DNA of 64,000 nucleotides from Biomphalaria glabrata (GCF_947242115.1 NC_074716.1:24048637-24112636), one strand, 5' to 3'; positions 1 to 11,473 are shown, counted from the stretch's first letter. Notes: generated by a model from the sequence alone, not told the origin. Numbers and translations: made by a program.

Positions 1-240
1 GATAGCATTATTAGGTACATAGGTCTATATAGTTGTACATTGGGTCTGATAGCATTATTAGTGACATAGGTCTATATAGTTGTACATTGGGTCTGATAGC
101 ATTAATAGTGGCATAGGTCTATATAGATGTACATTGGGTCTGATAGCATTATTAGGTACATAGGTCTATATAGTTGTACATTGGGTCTGATAGCATTAAT
201 AGTGACATAGGTCTATATAGTTGTACATTGGGTTTGACAT
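1..240. repeat. Minisatellite, ~47-48 bp unit x5 (gatagcattattaggtacataggtctatatagttgtacattgggtct)
   Basis: Five head-to-tail near-identical units visible directly in the sequence. Confidence 0.9.
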
Positions 241-335
241 CATTTAGCTTCTGCAATGATCTCATGAATTTCCCCTTTCTAGCTATACTTTAATGTTACT
301 ATTAACAATCTTTAAATTTTGTTCTTCTGTTGCAG

Positions 336-490
336 GTTTCCTTATACAAAAGTTTGACTGTCTGACTTGTGCTGAGGGGGACACTTTCTGTCTGTCGAAT
401 TGTATCTTCACCATCTTCCCAACCAATTTGTGCTCTAACTGTCTGCCCACTGACTTTCAGTGTTTGTCGTCTTGCAAGCTGATTGGATGA
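336..490 (+). CDS. Terminal coding exon of cysteine-rich secreted peptide gene E (partial gene). Encodes (G)FLIQKFDCLTCAEGDTFCLSNCIFTIFPTNLCSNCLPTDFQCLSSCKLIG*
   Basis: Acceptor ttttgttcttctgttgcag at 317-335. Two C-x2-C-x6-C-x3-C modules. CLPTDF[QS]C motif shared with gene A. C-terminal Gly is a possible amidation donor. Exon 1 is not found in the window. Alternative: the contiguous ORF 293-490 starting MLLLTIFKFCSSVAG. Confidence 0.45.
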
Positions 491-1924
491 TGTGGTCACG
501 TGTTATGTGCTACTGAAGGACATTTGGTTTATGTATGACATTGTATGTGAATATGTTAATGTGTTAGAATTGTGCTGGTATTCAACTATAAGGGTATCAA
601 GAAACTAAAGACTGTCTTGGACAAAATATGCCGTGTTTAGTTGCGAATTGCTTTTTAATGCTATCGACACTTTTCAAAACACTTACATTGAAAGTTGTTT
701 TCTGTTTTTAAAGTAAGGAGTCCTACTAGAACAATATTTTGTAGCTTGGAACAAAGAAACACCTGAAAAATTCAGTTGTTTATAAAAGAGAGAGCCCAAA
801 CTCAGTTTCTAACGTTTCTGTTCTTAAATTAGAAGCAAGCTAACTCTAGTCTACATTTTGAAATTTTGAGGATTTTTTGTTTTGTTTCAGTGTACCTCGA
901 GTTTCTTCCTTCATTTCTACGGTCCCTTTTATGCCCAGCGCCACCCAACCGCCCCCATTGTGCCGAGCGCCCCCTAACCCTTCCTTTTGACTCCCAGCGC
1001 TCCCAAATATCAAGAAATCGCTCCCAGTGGGGCGCTAGACCCCGTTGAAGAACACTAACAATAATAATGTGCAATTACAAATATTTTTACTGGTTGCTTA
1101 AATCTAGCGCAATTTCATGCTTTTAACTTTCTCAGTACGCTATGGTCCTATACCTTGTTTGGACCAGTTCTAAAGGGGTAGGGGAGAAAAAAGGAGGTAT
1201 CTGGGTGATCGATTTTTGAATACATTTATTAAAAAAAAGGTAAACGACCTGAATTCGAAGTCGAGGGCTAAAGCCTCCTCAGCCTCATCAAGCCAATACT
1301 CTAACCAATGTGCCATGTTTGTGAAAATAGAAGGTTTATTAATTATCTATTGTTAGTTTCAAATTTTCCTCTCTACAAAGTATAAAGGGGACTAATTCAG
1401 TTTATACCACCACATCAGTCAACATCAGTCAAGTACAATTTCTTATCTTTTTTTTTTAGATACCAAACAAAAAAAATATTACCAATAGTTAACTAACTAA
1501 TTGGATATTTTTTTTTATTGATTCTTGTGTTGTCAGGTAAAATAAATAATTGTGTAAACTTTCATCTTGATCCGAGATCGGAAGTTGGAGAAATAACATG
1601 TACAAACATTTTACAAGATAGTCCTATACATAGAACTAAAGATCACAATGGATAGAATTAAATGGAACATTAACATTCGTGAGTGAGGTGAAGTGAAGTA
1701 TCTTACAATGGAGTATTCTGGAACGTTCATTGTAGAAACACCTTTGAAAGTGTAGTCGTAAAGGAATTATCAAAGTATCAAAAATCAAATTGTGTTTCAG
1801 ACACAATTCTAACAATCCAAATCAATGAACTTAGGCATGGTAATACCAGACATGGTTTTGAGGTTTTATTCTGTCACTGCGAACTTTAACTCTTCCCTTT
1901 GAAAGTCAATCTTTCTTCCATCTT

Positions 1925-2172
1925 TTCAATTTGGAGCTATAGGTCAGATGATGAAAAGGTCATCTGTTTATGTGGCCTACGGTTTACGAGGGTGTCACGT
2001 GGCCGACACATCGACCAACCACCTTTACTTTTCCCCAACTAATGTCAAGTACCCATTAGAGATGGGTGGACTCAGAGGCGGCCAAAGATCCCGAAATTAA
2101 AAATCTCAGTCTTCAACAGAATTCGAACCGGGGACCCCCAGCGCTTTACCGCTCAGCCACCGCACAACTGCA
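1925..2172 (-). mobile_element. tRNA-derived SINE copy, same family as 55963-56222, minus orientation
   Basis: Reverse complement matches the tRNA-like head (A and B boxes, GGTTCGAAT) and the body motif ggtcgttgtgctggccacatgac of the other copies. Confidence 0.7.
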
Positions 2173-2303
2173 GCTATAGCCTAATAATGACAGCAAAACA
2201 CGATTTTAGACTATTCCTGACTGTTTATCTATTTATTTGTATTTTTTTTTATGCCAGAAGATAGTAAAAAAAATATCTTTGACCTATTTTTACTGAAACA
2301 TTC

Positions 2304-2312
2304 TAAATATAG
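2304..2312 (+). promoter_or_regulatory. TATA-like element (taaatatag) ~70 bp upstream of the gene A start codon
   Basis: Position relative to the ATG at 2374. Weak sequence-only evidence. Confidence 0.25.
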
Positions 2313-2373
2313 AGCTCGCGGTTTTGTGAAAACATAAGGCGGACTAACTGCACAGAATTATTCAATTAGAACA

Positions 2374-2428
2374 ATGAAGCTGGTAATAGTCCTTGTTTTC
2401 ATAGCCGTAACATCCGGGATCTCTACAG
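2374..2428 (+). CDS. Gene A exon 1: signal peptide MKLVIVLVFIAVTSGIST, ends in phase 1, donor gtaatac
   Basis: ATG followed by a hydrophobic 18-aa stretch. Canonical GT donor at 2429. The phase-1 junction with the exon at 3174 reconstitutes a GCT codon and a continuous ORF. Confidence 0.6.
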
Positions 2429-2776
2429 GTAATACAACATCATCAATTATCTAATGTATGCGATGTTTTAAGGGATTGTTATTTTAAAAAACTACTTCAA
2501 TTGAAACGTACACTTGACTGATGCTGATAATATTCTAACTAGTATGTAACTGACTTTATTTTTTTTTTACAATCTAAATTCTTGGTAGTTAAACCCAGCG
2601 GCTACATTATAAGATCCTGAATGTTGTTAAAATATCGATCTTTGAAAGACCGAACTGAAGACTTCATGCACAGCTTTGAATACATGTAGTATTATGTTGG
2701 TAAGAGAGGTTTGGTAATTGTGCATACCTGACAACGTCGTGGACTATTCGTCACTTGATCTTTAATTTTAATACCT

Positions 2777-2778
<2 letters not shown>

Positions 2779-2845
<67 letters not shown>

Positions 2846-2846
2846 T
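2779..2846. repeat. (GA)n microsatellite, ~33 repeats, in gene A intron
   Basis: Direct reading. Confidence 0.95.
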
Positions 2847-2854
2847 GCTTCAGA

Positions 2855-3040
2855 ACCGACGGGTGTCGAGTTCAGGTTCAAACTGAGGTCTTAAATTTTG
2901 AGATTTTTTGGACGCTCCTGAAATGGCCTGAATCCACCCATCTCTAATGGACACATGCATTGGGCAGTAAATGCGGTTGGTCGTTGTGCTGGCCACATGA
3001 CGCCTTGTCAACCATTAGCTATAGAAACATAAAAACTGAA
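2855..3040 (+). mobile_element. 5-prime truncated SINE copy (same tRNA-derived family), in gene A intron
   Basis: Matches ...tttaattt...ccacccatctctaatgg...ggttggtcgttgtgctggccacatgac of the full copies. Confidence 0.65.
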
Positions 3041-3173
3041 AATCAATTTGTAGATCTAAAAGTCTGAAAGAGTACCTTTCCTTTCTTTTCCTATCTAAAA
3101 TAATGCTACTAAAGCATGATGTGTGAAGTGCAATCATTTAATGGTTGGATCATTGATGTCTTCTTTTTTTCAG

Positions 3174-3421
3174 CTCTGCTGACAGATCTTTTAGGGTTAG
3201 ACTGCCTCACATGTTTACCCACAGACTTCTCGTGTCGGTTCAGGTGCCCGGAACTATTGCGAAGGCAGCTATGTCAACACTGTTCTCCCAGCGACCCGGT
3301 CTGCATGCCGCTGTGTCTGAGGACTCTGAGACGTCGACGTGACATAGAATGTTTGATGTGTCATGAGAACCTTTCGTGTTTAATTCAATGTGGCTACGTG
3401 GGTGTTAGCGTTGGGAAATAA
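3174..3421 (+). CDS. Gene A exon 2: mature region ALLTDLLGLDCLTCLPTDFSCRFRCPELLRRQLCQHCSPSDPVCMPLCLRTLRRRRDIECLMCHENLSCLIQCGYVGVSVGK*
   Basis: Acceptor tcttctttttttcag at 3161-3173. Three C-x2-C-x(5-6)-C-x3-C modules. Internal RRRR cleavage site. C-terminal GK amidation-type signal. AATAAA overlaps the stop at 3417-3422, with a further AATAAA at 3530. Confidence 0.6.
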
Positions 3422-4192
3422 AACCCAAAGATCTAATTCGAGTATTGTTCGTGCGAGTAGCATTTCGCTTTTTTTGAGTTCTTCATTAAGAGATTCGATT
3501 TTTAATTTTTTGTGAAAATAGAATGTAAAAATAAATTTATATGTTATATGTACTCTGTGGAGTCAGTGTTTCTTATATATGCTTTATATGTTAATTTAAA
3601 CTGTTCACCAAACGTCAAATAAAGAAGAACTTGACGAAAGGGAACGAATAGCTATTGCTAGTTTAAATATAAACTAAAAAATAAATGAAACGGTGACAAG
3701 CGGCAATCGTCAAGTTTCGTTTCTTAATTATCCCTTGGGCCCCACATGAAAAGGTCTTTTAAGTTAGTCTTGAATGGTTCCTTCAATGGCAGTGTGCAAC
3801 GCTAATTCCTAACAGTATAAATCTACATGTAAGTGCAGTCGTTCTATGAAATATTAAAGAGGCGGGGCAGTTTTTACACTGCTATTTTTTTATTGAGAAG
3901 ATTACATTGCCAAAAACACACAAGACACAAACAACAATTAAGGTTTACATCGTTCAGACATTGTTCACAGGGGCGTAACTAGGGATTTGGGGGCCCAGGG
4001 GGATTGACCTCTTTGGGGGCCCCTTACATTTTGACATTCGACATATGACATGAGATAATGTACGCAAATATATATAAGCCCAAAATCAAATTGGTTCATT
4101 ATATCAGTAAACTTAACAAAAAAGTAATCATGAAGACTCTTTTAATGAATAATGCCGTTGTTTAATAGTTAAATAATGCACAAGTGACAAAT

Positions 4193-4435
4193 CTAAACAG
4201 ATATCGCTTCACGTCGTGCATTCTGTGCAGCAGAGACATCTATAACATCAACTACATCGATACTTTCTAGTATTTGTGACTTTACTGAAATTAAAGCCAT
4301 GATAAGCCTTTCTTGCGTCATTGTGCTCCTGAGATAGTCTTTGATGAGCTTGAGCTTTGAGAATGATCTCTCACTTGACGTAATGGAAGTGGCCTGAGTT
4401 AGCGGTATTCGGAGGAGGTTGCAAAGTTTGAGCAC
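4193..4435 (-). pseudogene. hAT transposase C-terminal dimerisation domain fragment (..RIPLTQATSITSSERSFSKLKLIKDYLRSTMTQERLIMALISVKSQI..)
   Basis: Matches the conserved hATC pattern (P..S...ERsFS.l..i....R..l....l..L). No upstream catalytic domain remains. Confidence 0.6.
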
Positions 4436-5046
4436 ACGTTATTCCCATATGAAGCCTTTTTCCTCAATATGTCTATTGGTGATTGTATTACTGGTTTGTT
4501 GATGAAAAGTGCTCGTGCATCAATGACATCTTTGAAAAAGCGATTTTCCATTTATTTCATCATACAAACAGGAAAAGTAGCACAGTTTGTCAGAAGCCTG
4601 TCTTCATTTAACAGGTGTCTTGTTTCAAGAAGAAACCCAAAGGTATCCATTTTCTTTCCAGCCTTGGAATCTGCCCTTCATCTCCATATGAAATCTGTCC
4701 AGCACTTCTGTCGCAACACGTTTGAATTGCGGTTCTATTGACAGTTCCTACATTAGAACTCAACTTCCCATCAAGTCTTTTCTTTCTTCTGGTTGTTTTG
4801 ATTACAGGGAATCCATAGTATTCACTACCTACTTTTGCTTTTTCGATGGATTGGGTTTTTGTCAGTTTCTCATTATTTTGCAGAAAGGGTACTAATTTCT
4901 TTAGGAGCTTCCCGTATATGCAGTCCAGACTTTTGTAGTTTCTTCTGAACTATATTAATTGGGCGCAGGAGCTTTGACCAGAATTCAAGATAGGCAAAAA
5001 ATTCTTAATTTTCCACTGCATGAAGTTGATTCTGTGCTAATATTAT

Positions 5047-5470
5047 ATGGTATTACGTCATTGTTGGTTGTTTATGTTTTGTGCGAAAGCAAAAAGATTC
5101 AGAGCATACAAAAGTGGGAAAGATCCATATCTCGTTATGCTCGAGTATAGAAATACTCCGATAAGTGGACTGCCGTATTCACCATCACAACTGCTGACGA
5201 GTAGAAGACTCAGGGAATCATTCCAACTGATCCCAAACTATTGAAACCATCGGTAGCTGAAAATGCAGAGACATTACTCAACGAACGACAGATGAAAAGC
5301 AAAGTGAAATACAATGCAAAACTACCTAAAGATTATTCTGTCGGAGAGTCCGTCTATGTCGAACATGGCAGAAAGCAGTTGTCATAAAAAAACATTCAGC
5401 ACCCAGATCTTACACCATTAAGACAAACGATGAAAAAACATGCAGAAGAAACCAACGCTTTTTGAATAAG
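5047..5470 (+). pseudogene. LTR-retrotransposon integrase C-terminal fragment (frameshifted)
   Basis: LEYRNTPISGLPYSPSQLLTSRRLR, then ..KLPKDYSVGESVYV.. and ..SAPRSYTIKTNDEKTCRRNQRFL.. in shifted frames. These match the Gypsy and BEL/Pao integrase tail (PRSY.V.T..G...RRNRRHL). Confidence 0.5.
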
Positions 5471-5632
5471 AGTTTCGATCAAGACATCTCTGGGTACTAT
5501 GATACCGATGAAGACAATGAACTGCAAACTGTTGGAACAAACGAAACAGACAGTTATAGACCAACGTCTAGAGAACTTGTTGTGCCAGTCAAGACAACCA
5601 GAAGTGAACGAATTCTTAAAGTTCCTAGTAGA

Positions 5633-6060
5633 CAGGGCCGGCCTTAGGCCTCTTCAGCCTATGCGGTCACAGTGGGCCCCGCGCTTTCATATGCCCCGCG
5701 CTAATTCTAAGTATTAAATTAAACCATTATAACGTAAATAAATTAACAGGGTTTTCGCGACCTCCTGATTTTCCAGGGCCTCCAGGAAATCTCACGAGAA
5801 GGCAAAATATACGATAAAGTCCTCAACTTTTTTTGAATTTATTCAAATCCCCTGAAGAATAGACCAAATTGACATTTTGGGGTGCCTATAAATAAAAAGT
5901 GGCATTGCGAGCTTTCATTTGATAAAAATTTATTGCAAAGACGAAAGTAGGCCTATTTTCTAATTAAAAAAAAATAATTTTGACATTATGCTTATCTACC
6001 CAGACTAGGCCCCGCGCGATCCGTTTCGCATAGGGCCCGCAAAAGCTAGGGCCGGCCCTG
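5633..6060. mobile_element. hAT-type MITE (TIR CAGGGCCGGCC). 8-bp TSD CTAGTAGA at 5625-5632 and 6061-6068. Nested in the hAT remnant
   Basis: Inverted termini CAGGGCCGGCCTTAGGCC ... GGGCCGGCCCTG and a perfect 8-bp duplication. Other copies at 8018, 57310 and 63125. Confidence 0.75.
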
Positions 6061-6536
6061 CTAGTAGATATCACTCTTAAGAACTTTAAAAGAAAGGGTG
6101 TGATAATAACTTCAAAAGGAAGGATGTGCTAATATTATATGATATTACGTCATTGTTTGTTGTTTATGTTTTGAGCGAAAGCAAAAGGATTAGATGGAAA
6201 TAAAAAGGGAGTGTCCATTGAATGGAGGAAAGATAAATAGAGGGGTAATAACTCGAGTGTGACGTTTAATTCTGAAATTATAGACGCCAAACCCGAATAA
6301 TGGACTATTTTAGCATTATTAAGTATAACTTTTAGATCTGTTAAACTCGATTCTGTAAATTTTGCTTCAAGGTTAATTAGTGTAGCCATAAAATACTCGC
6401 CATTTAGATCTATTATTTGTAAAGGTAACAAGATACCTGGAATTCGCTGTATATCATGTAGTTTTATTCGTGGCAACAAAGTTTAAAATGTAAAACTAAC
6501 TTTAAAAAAAACTTTGATCTCTGTGGGAAAAAATAT

Positions 6537-6816
6537 TTTTAAAATGTCAACAAAGTCAACGTACTGATAGACCTAGATCTAGGTTTAAAATGTTAACAAA
6601 GTCAACGTACTGATAGACCTAGATCAAGTTTAAAATATCAACAAAGTCAACGTACTGATAGACCTAGATCTAGGTTTAAAATGTCAACAAAGTCAACGTA
6701 CTGATAGACCTAGATCTAGGTTTAAAATGTCAACAAAGTCAACGTACTGATAGACCTAGATCTAGGTTTAAAATGTCAACAAAGTCAACGTACTGATAGA
6801 CCTAGATCTAGGTTTA
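6537..6816. repeat. Minisatellite, ~46-bp unit x6 (aggtttaaaatgtcaacaaagtcaacgtactgatagacctagatct)
   Basis: Direct reading. Confidence 0.9.
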
Positions 6817-7344
6817 GTCTTTGTGATAAATTTAATCCATAAATGTTGAAAAAGAAAAGACACCCGATGACACTATTTTTCAATCAAATATATTAATTTA
6901 TGTATTTACAAATAAATTTCGGACACCCATTTTCGGGCCCCCCAGGGGGGCACGGATTTTCTAATTCTCCCCACCCCTCCCACCCCTTAGTTACGCCACT
7001 GATTGTTCAGACATCGTCCAGACATTGTTCAGACTTCATGATCACTGCATACACGAGTGTTTGCTGTACCGATGCATGGGCGACCAATTATATATCTACC
7101 TTTATATAAAGAATTATTTTTGTCTTACAAAACAGGTCTATAATTAAAACTTTTGTTTTCCCTTTAGGCCTAGCACCGGTTACCCCCTAGGCTTCATATT
7201 GTTTATTATGTCCGCAATATCCCCTCCTTTATTAAACTTCCAATAAACGGACCCCATTTGAACGATCCCATAAACTACTTTTTAGCCCGTGAATTATTGT
7301 ATGTGTGAGTATGAAATGAAACGGCCTGCTCTCTTTTTCTTTCA

Positions 7345-7346
<2 letters not shown>

Positions 7347-7406
<60 letters not shown>

Positions 7407-7412
7407 CTCTCT
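7347..7412. repeat. (TC)n microsatellite
   Basis: Direct reading. Confidence 0.95.
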
Positions 7413-7755
7413 CACCCCTTTATTTATTTTGACAACCTGACATAGACTTTTGATTTGGTTTGGACCGACCAGTTGTATAACATTTGAAACACACACATGC
7501 TCCTGAATTCTAATATTTCTTATACGCTCCCTTCCAATCGCAACAAAATGTTAGTCCAACGTAAAATTGTTTTTACTTTTATTCAGCTTCTCAATTGAAA
7601 ATCAAATTATTTACTAGGCCTAGTCTATGTTATTGTCAAGCGCCCTCCTCCAACACACATCCGCAGTCGCACCTTTCGGACCTTTTTTTGTTAGCATCCT
7701 CCAATTGACCAGTCATCACACACTTTTCAGCTTTTAAATTCTAGATAAAGCACTT

Positions 7756-8017
7756 TGAGGTCTCAAGTCACTGATTGACTTCATTGAGGCTTCGAATCAT
7801 TGACTTCATTGAGGTTTCGAGTCACTGACTGACTTATTTGAGGCCTCAAGTCACTGATTGACTTCATTGAGGTTTCGAGTCACTGACTGACTTCATTGAG
7901 GCTTCGAATCATTGATTTCATTGAGGTTTCGAGTCACTGACTGAATTATTTGAGGCCTCGAGTCACTGATTGACTTCATTGAGGTTTCGAGTCACTGACT
8001 GACTTCATTGAGGTTTC
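7756..8017. repeat. Minisatellite, ~30-bp unit (cattgaggtttcgagtcactgactgacttc) x9, abutting a MITE
   Basis: Direct reading. Confidence 0.9.
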
Positions 8018-8510
8018 GAGGGCCGGCCTTAGGCCACTGCAATCTATGCGACCGTAGTTGGTCCAGCACTTTCATAGCACTGGTGTAAATTATTAAATTA
8101 AACCATTTTATAACTTATAACAGATTTCCCGCGGCCTCCTGATTTACCAGAGCGCCTGGAAATCTCCTGAAATTGCAAAATATACCCCAAAAAAAGTCCT
8201 GGAAATCTCCGGAAATTAAAAAAAATCTTTTGAAAACTCATACAAATCTCCTGAAATATATAGACAAAAAATTGTCATTTTGGGGTGTCATTCAATATGG
8301 AAAACGACAATCCTACTTGCGATTAAAAAAAAACGGCAGTATGCAATACACGTAATTGTGGAATCTGGTGAAAGAAGCTTCTCGCGCCTCAAACTAATCT
8401 AATGAAGAATTACTTGAGGTTAACAATTCTCAAAGATAGATTGAAACATTTGGTAATTCTTGCTATTGAGCATGATCTATGTAGGAACTAGAATGTTTAT
8501 GATAGAGTCA
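8018..8510. mobile_element. Partial copy of the GGGCCGGCC-TIR MITE family (5-prime terminus plus internal part, no 3-prime TIR)
   Basis: Matches the 63125 copy: gggccggccttaggccactgcaa...gtcattttggggtgtcattcaatatg...ctattgagcatgatctatgtagga. Confidence 0.55.
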
Positions 8511-9261
8511 TCTTTTCCTTACCTCTTGGTGTCCAAACTGTTGAGCCATGAAGAGAAGTATATATATAGATAGTTGACATTAGTTGACAATCATTATTGT
8601 TGTTATTCTATTATCTACTGAGCAATATGTTTTCAATGGTTTTAGAAATAGATAATTTTGTTTGAAACGGTCTCATAATTGACGTCACTTTTCAATGTCA
8701 AACTCTTATCTAGTAAAATAAATATATAGTTGTTGTTTTTTTTTTCTTTTTTTCTGGTTAATGAAAAATAAAATCATGAACTGAGACAAGTGCACAAAGG
8801 GTAAAGAAGAGAATGTTAAAGTAAATGGATGAGAACTTAAGAGCCAGTGCTGGTGTGTCTGCTAAAGGTAGCTGTCTAGCTCTGTGTTTCACTGGCTAAC
8901 GATTCGATACTAAAGCAGTTGTGATTCTAGCGTTGCAATGAAAGGACACACTTTGAAAAAATATAAAATAGTGAATTAAATCTAAATAACTAACATTTAA
9001 TGAAACACATAATCATCAGCAAGCCTAACGCAGTAGATAAAACTTATCAATAATACGTACATAGAATAAATAACAAGATGGCCTAACTTGACTTTTGGTT
9101 TGAGATGTTTTTAATATAGAAATATAGCTGAATATGCTTTTGTTATTCAGTGCCCTGTTTTAATTCACACAATTTTTTAATCCTGCGTTTGATAAATGTT
9201 CTATTATTTATAATAATAACAACAGATTCATTTGTTTAACGCAATTTTGAAATTCAAATAC

Positions 9262-9350
9262 ACTGGCGCGTCTTCTTTTTTGAAGTTACGTCTGTATTAT
9301 ATAAGATAAGATAAGAATATAAGATATATAAGATATATAAGATATGAACC
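9262..9350 (+). mobile_element. 5-prime truncated copy (3-prime tail only) of the RTE/CR1-like LINE family found at 32087-35075
   Basis: gcgtcttcttttttgaagttacgtctgtattatataagataagataaga is nearly identical to 35021-35075, followed by an (ATAAGATA)-type tail. Confidence 0.7.
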
Positions 9351-10098
9351 CACCACCAGCTCGGCAGCCTAAGTGTTCTACCACTCTGCCAGGATAGTCT
9401 TTGTTAGTTAACGCAAAAAGTACTCTATAACTATTAATAGAGTGGTATTTTTAAAAGATATTTGTGTGAAACATTCGTTTTCTGAGACTTTAAAAAAAAA
9501 TTAAGCGGGGAAAAAAATGCAGAACTTTTGCAACCAATTATTTCACAGAGACATTTAGTTTATAGTATTTAAAAAAGTGAACCACATTCTCTTATAACAG
9601 AATCATAAATAATACTTGTATCATTTTTCTATCTCTAAAGGTTTCAATGGTTAGGTAGTATGTCTTTGTTATTAAATAACATTTCTATTACTATTATTAT
9701 ATTTTTAGGTTAATCACTTTTCAATTGTTTATGATTTAATACTTGTGAATTATTAGAGCTTACAAATAAAAACCTATATAAAAAAAAAAAAGAAAGCTCA
9801 CAAAAGAGGCAAGATGGCCCATAGAAGAGGCACATAAAGCCCAAAAAGAGGCCCAAGGATTCCTATGATGATAAAGCTAAAATTGAATAGCGCAAATTCT
9901 GAGGTTTCCTTTAAAAAAAAATAAGTGTTGTATCTTTGAATGAATATATTAAAGACATGCCAACTACAATTATGTAATAAAAACGAAAGCATAAAGCTTA
10001 CGAGCAATTAATTCAGAGCTTTATATTATATCAAGCAATCAAGACAAGGATACGTATAGCTATTAAGATATTTAATCTCTTTGCTCTTTAGTAGGCGT

Positions 10099-10238
10099 TC
10101 ACTTTGCCAAGCCATTCAAACACATTACAACACAGCCAACCACTGGATTTGTACAATCACAGTTTCGTGGTGGGCAGTTAAATGGACAGGTCGTGTTGAA
10201 ATACACACATGTCGTGCATGGGTCAAGTCCCAGCATTC
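10099..10238 (-). CDS. Gene B exon 2: (G)MLGLDPCTTCVYFNTTCPFNCPPRNCDCTNPVVGCVVMCLNGLAK*
   Basis: Minus-strand acceptor gttttcttttctctcacgccag. Two cysteine modules (C-x2-C-x6-C-x3-C, then C-x1-C-x6-C-x3-C). LGLD-C-TTC motif parallels LGLDCLTC of gene A. Confidence 0.55.
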
Positions 10239-10694
10239 CTGGCGTGAGAGAAAAGAAAACATGTTTAGATGACAAAGAAATACTTGAACTGAAATAAATC
10301 ATGATTACCTAGAAGACTTTTAATCAATTTTTTTGATTGTTTTTACTATTACTATGTTTATTACTGTTCCTGATATTATTATTGTTATTACTAGTATTAT
10401 TGTTTTTAAATTGTTTACATTATTTTTAGAGAATATGTCTGATGTAACACAAGGTAAACGGTTCACAAATTCTTAGCAAACAAATGTTGACTAAAACTAT
10501 GGTGTAGACTTTGAATGAACAGCAGTTATTTCCTAACGATCCCCAGGAGGGAAAGATTTAACTTGAAATACTAAATAAAGAATGTTATCATTAAGAAGTA
10601 TTTAAAATGTCTATGTGGACCAGGCTGTGTCCTACATATTTCTAATGTTTAACAAAGCAAAAGTCTCATTTGAAAACGAAATCTCAGAGCTTAC

Positions 10695-10749
10695 CATTAG
10701 AAAAGACAAGACTCAAAACAACTACCAGCACAATCAATAAAACCTTCAT
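10695..10749 (-). CDS. Gene B exon 1: signal peptide MKVLLIVLVVVLSLVFSN, ends in phase 1, donor gtaagc
   Basis: Reverse complement of 10681-10749 reads ATGAAGGTTTTATTGATTGTGCTGGTAGTTGTTTTGAGTCTTGTCTTTTCTAATG|gtaagctc. Joining to exon 2 gives GGA (Gly) and keeps the frame. A TATA-like tatattttaaag lies ~75 bp upstream on the minus strand. Confidence 0.55.
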
Positions 10750-11383
10750 TTTCAAATCTATGCGTTACTGTCTTCCCGTCAATGAAATTCAATCGGATTG
10801 TGTAACTTGTAACCTTAACTGTCTTTAAAATATAAACTTTTTTTTCATATTGTAGATTTTAATTTTAGTTTTAATGAAGAAAAAAATATACAACAAAACC
10901 TCACGTTTTTTTAACTGCAATTTTATGTGGACCAAAACACATCGTGACGTACTTGTAATCTTGTAGATATTTCTAGTGAATGTAACTTAGACTAAGAGTT
11001 TTACTTTCAAATGAGCAGTCTCCACCATTTTCTCTATGATTAGCTCAGATTGACGCACGGAAAGAACAACGGACATACAGATGACACAAAACTAATAGCA
11101 TTTTTTTTCACCTTTCAAGAGCCGCTTAAAAACGGCAAGAAATTTTTCATTGAACACTCTAATCAAGTTTTTATGTTGTTTGTTTTTAATATAGTAGTTG
11201 CCTTCAAACTTATCAACCCTCAACATTTCTCCACACCGCTTTCTCGTCCCCCTCCCCTCCTTTATTGTATTGATATTGATGAAGATCTAGACTTTGAGTA
11301 CGGACCTTACCAATCACATTCTACGTGCATGTTAAACTGTTGCGGAGTCAAAGTAAAAAAAAAAGAAAACAAAACAATCCGTC

Positions 11384-11473
11384 AAGATTATCAGACAAGA
11401 TTATCAGACAAGATTATCAGACAAGATTATCAGACAAGATTATCAGACAAGATTATCAGACAAGATTATCACG
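11384..11473. repeat. 13-bp tandem repeat (agattatcagaca) x7
   Basis: Direct reading. Confidence 0.9.

Larger units (their letters stand above)
3968..7001. mobile_element. hAT-superfamily DNA transposon remnant (non-autonomous, composite). TIR CAGGGGCGTAACTAGGG / CAGTGGCGTAACTAAGGG. Perfect 8-bp TSD ATTGTTCA at 3960-3967 and 7002-7009
   Basis: Terminal inverted repeats and identical 8-bp flanking duplication read directly. Internal hAT C-terminal dimerisation-domain fragment on the minus strand near the left end. Confidence 0.7.

Noticed and set aside
293-335. The ATG at 293 (MLLLTIFKFCSSVAG) as an intronless signal peptide for gene E
   Set aside because: The region is the polypyrimidine tract of a strong acceptor, which by itself encodes F/L/S-rich hydrophobic residues. 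The four other family members all use a separate signal exon with a phase-1 intron at a Gly/Ala codon, which the 335/336 junction reproduces. It is kept only as an alternative.
866-1048. GC-rich island with reiterated cccagcgcyccc motifs and overlapping 60-81 aa ORFs on both strands
   Set aside because: No start context, splice signals or homology. It is probably a degenerate GC-rich repeat. A promoter role is pure speculation.
9350-9420. tRNA-like A-box / B-box words (agtggtagaacac, ggtgggttca) on the minus strand next to the LINE tail
   Set aside because: It cannot be folded into a cloverleaf, and its orientation is opposite to the LINE tail, so it is not a LINE-mobilised SINE. It is treated as chance similarity.
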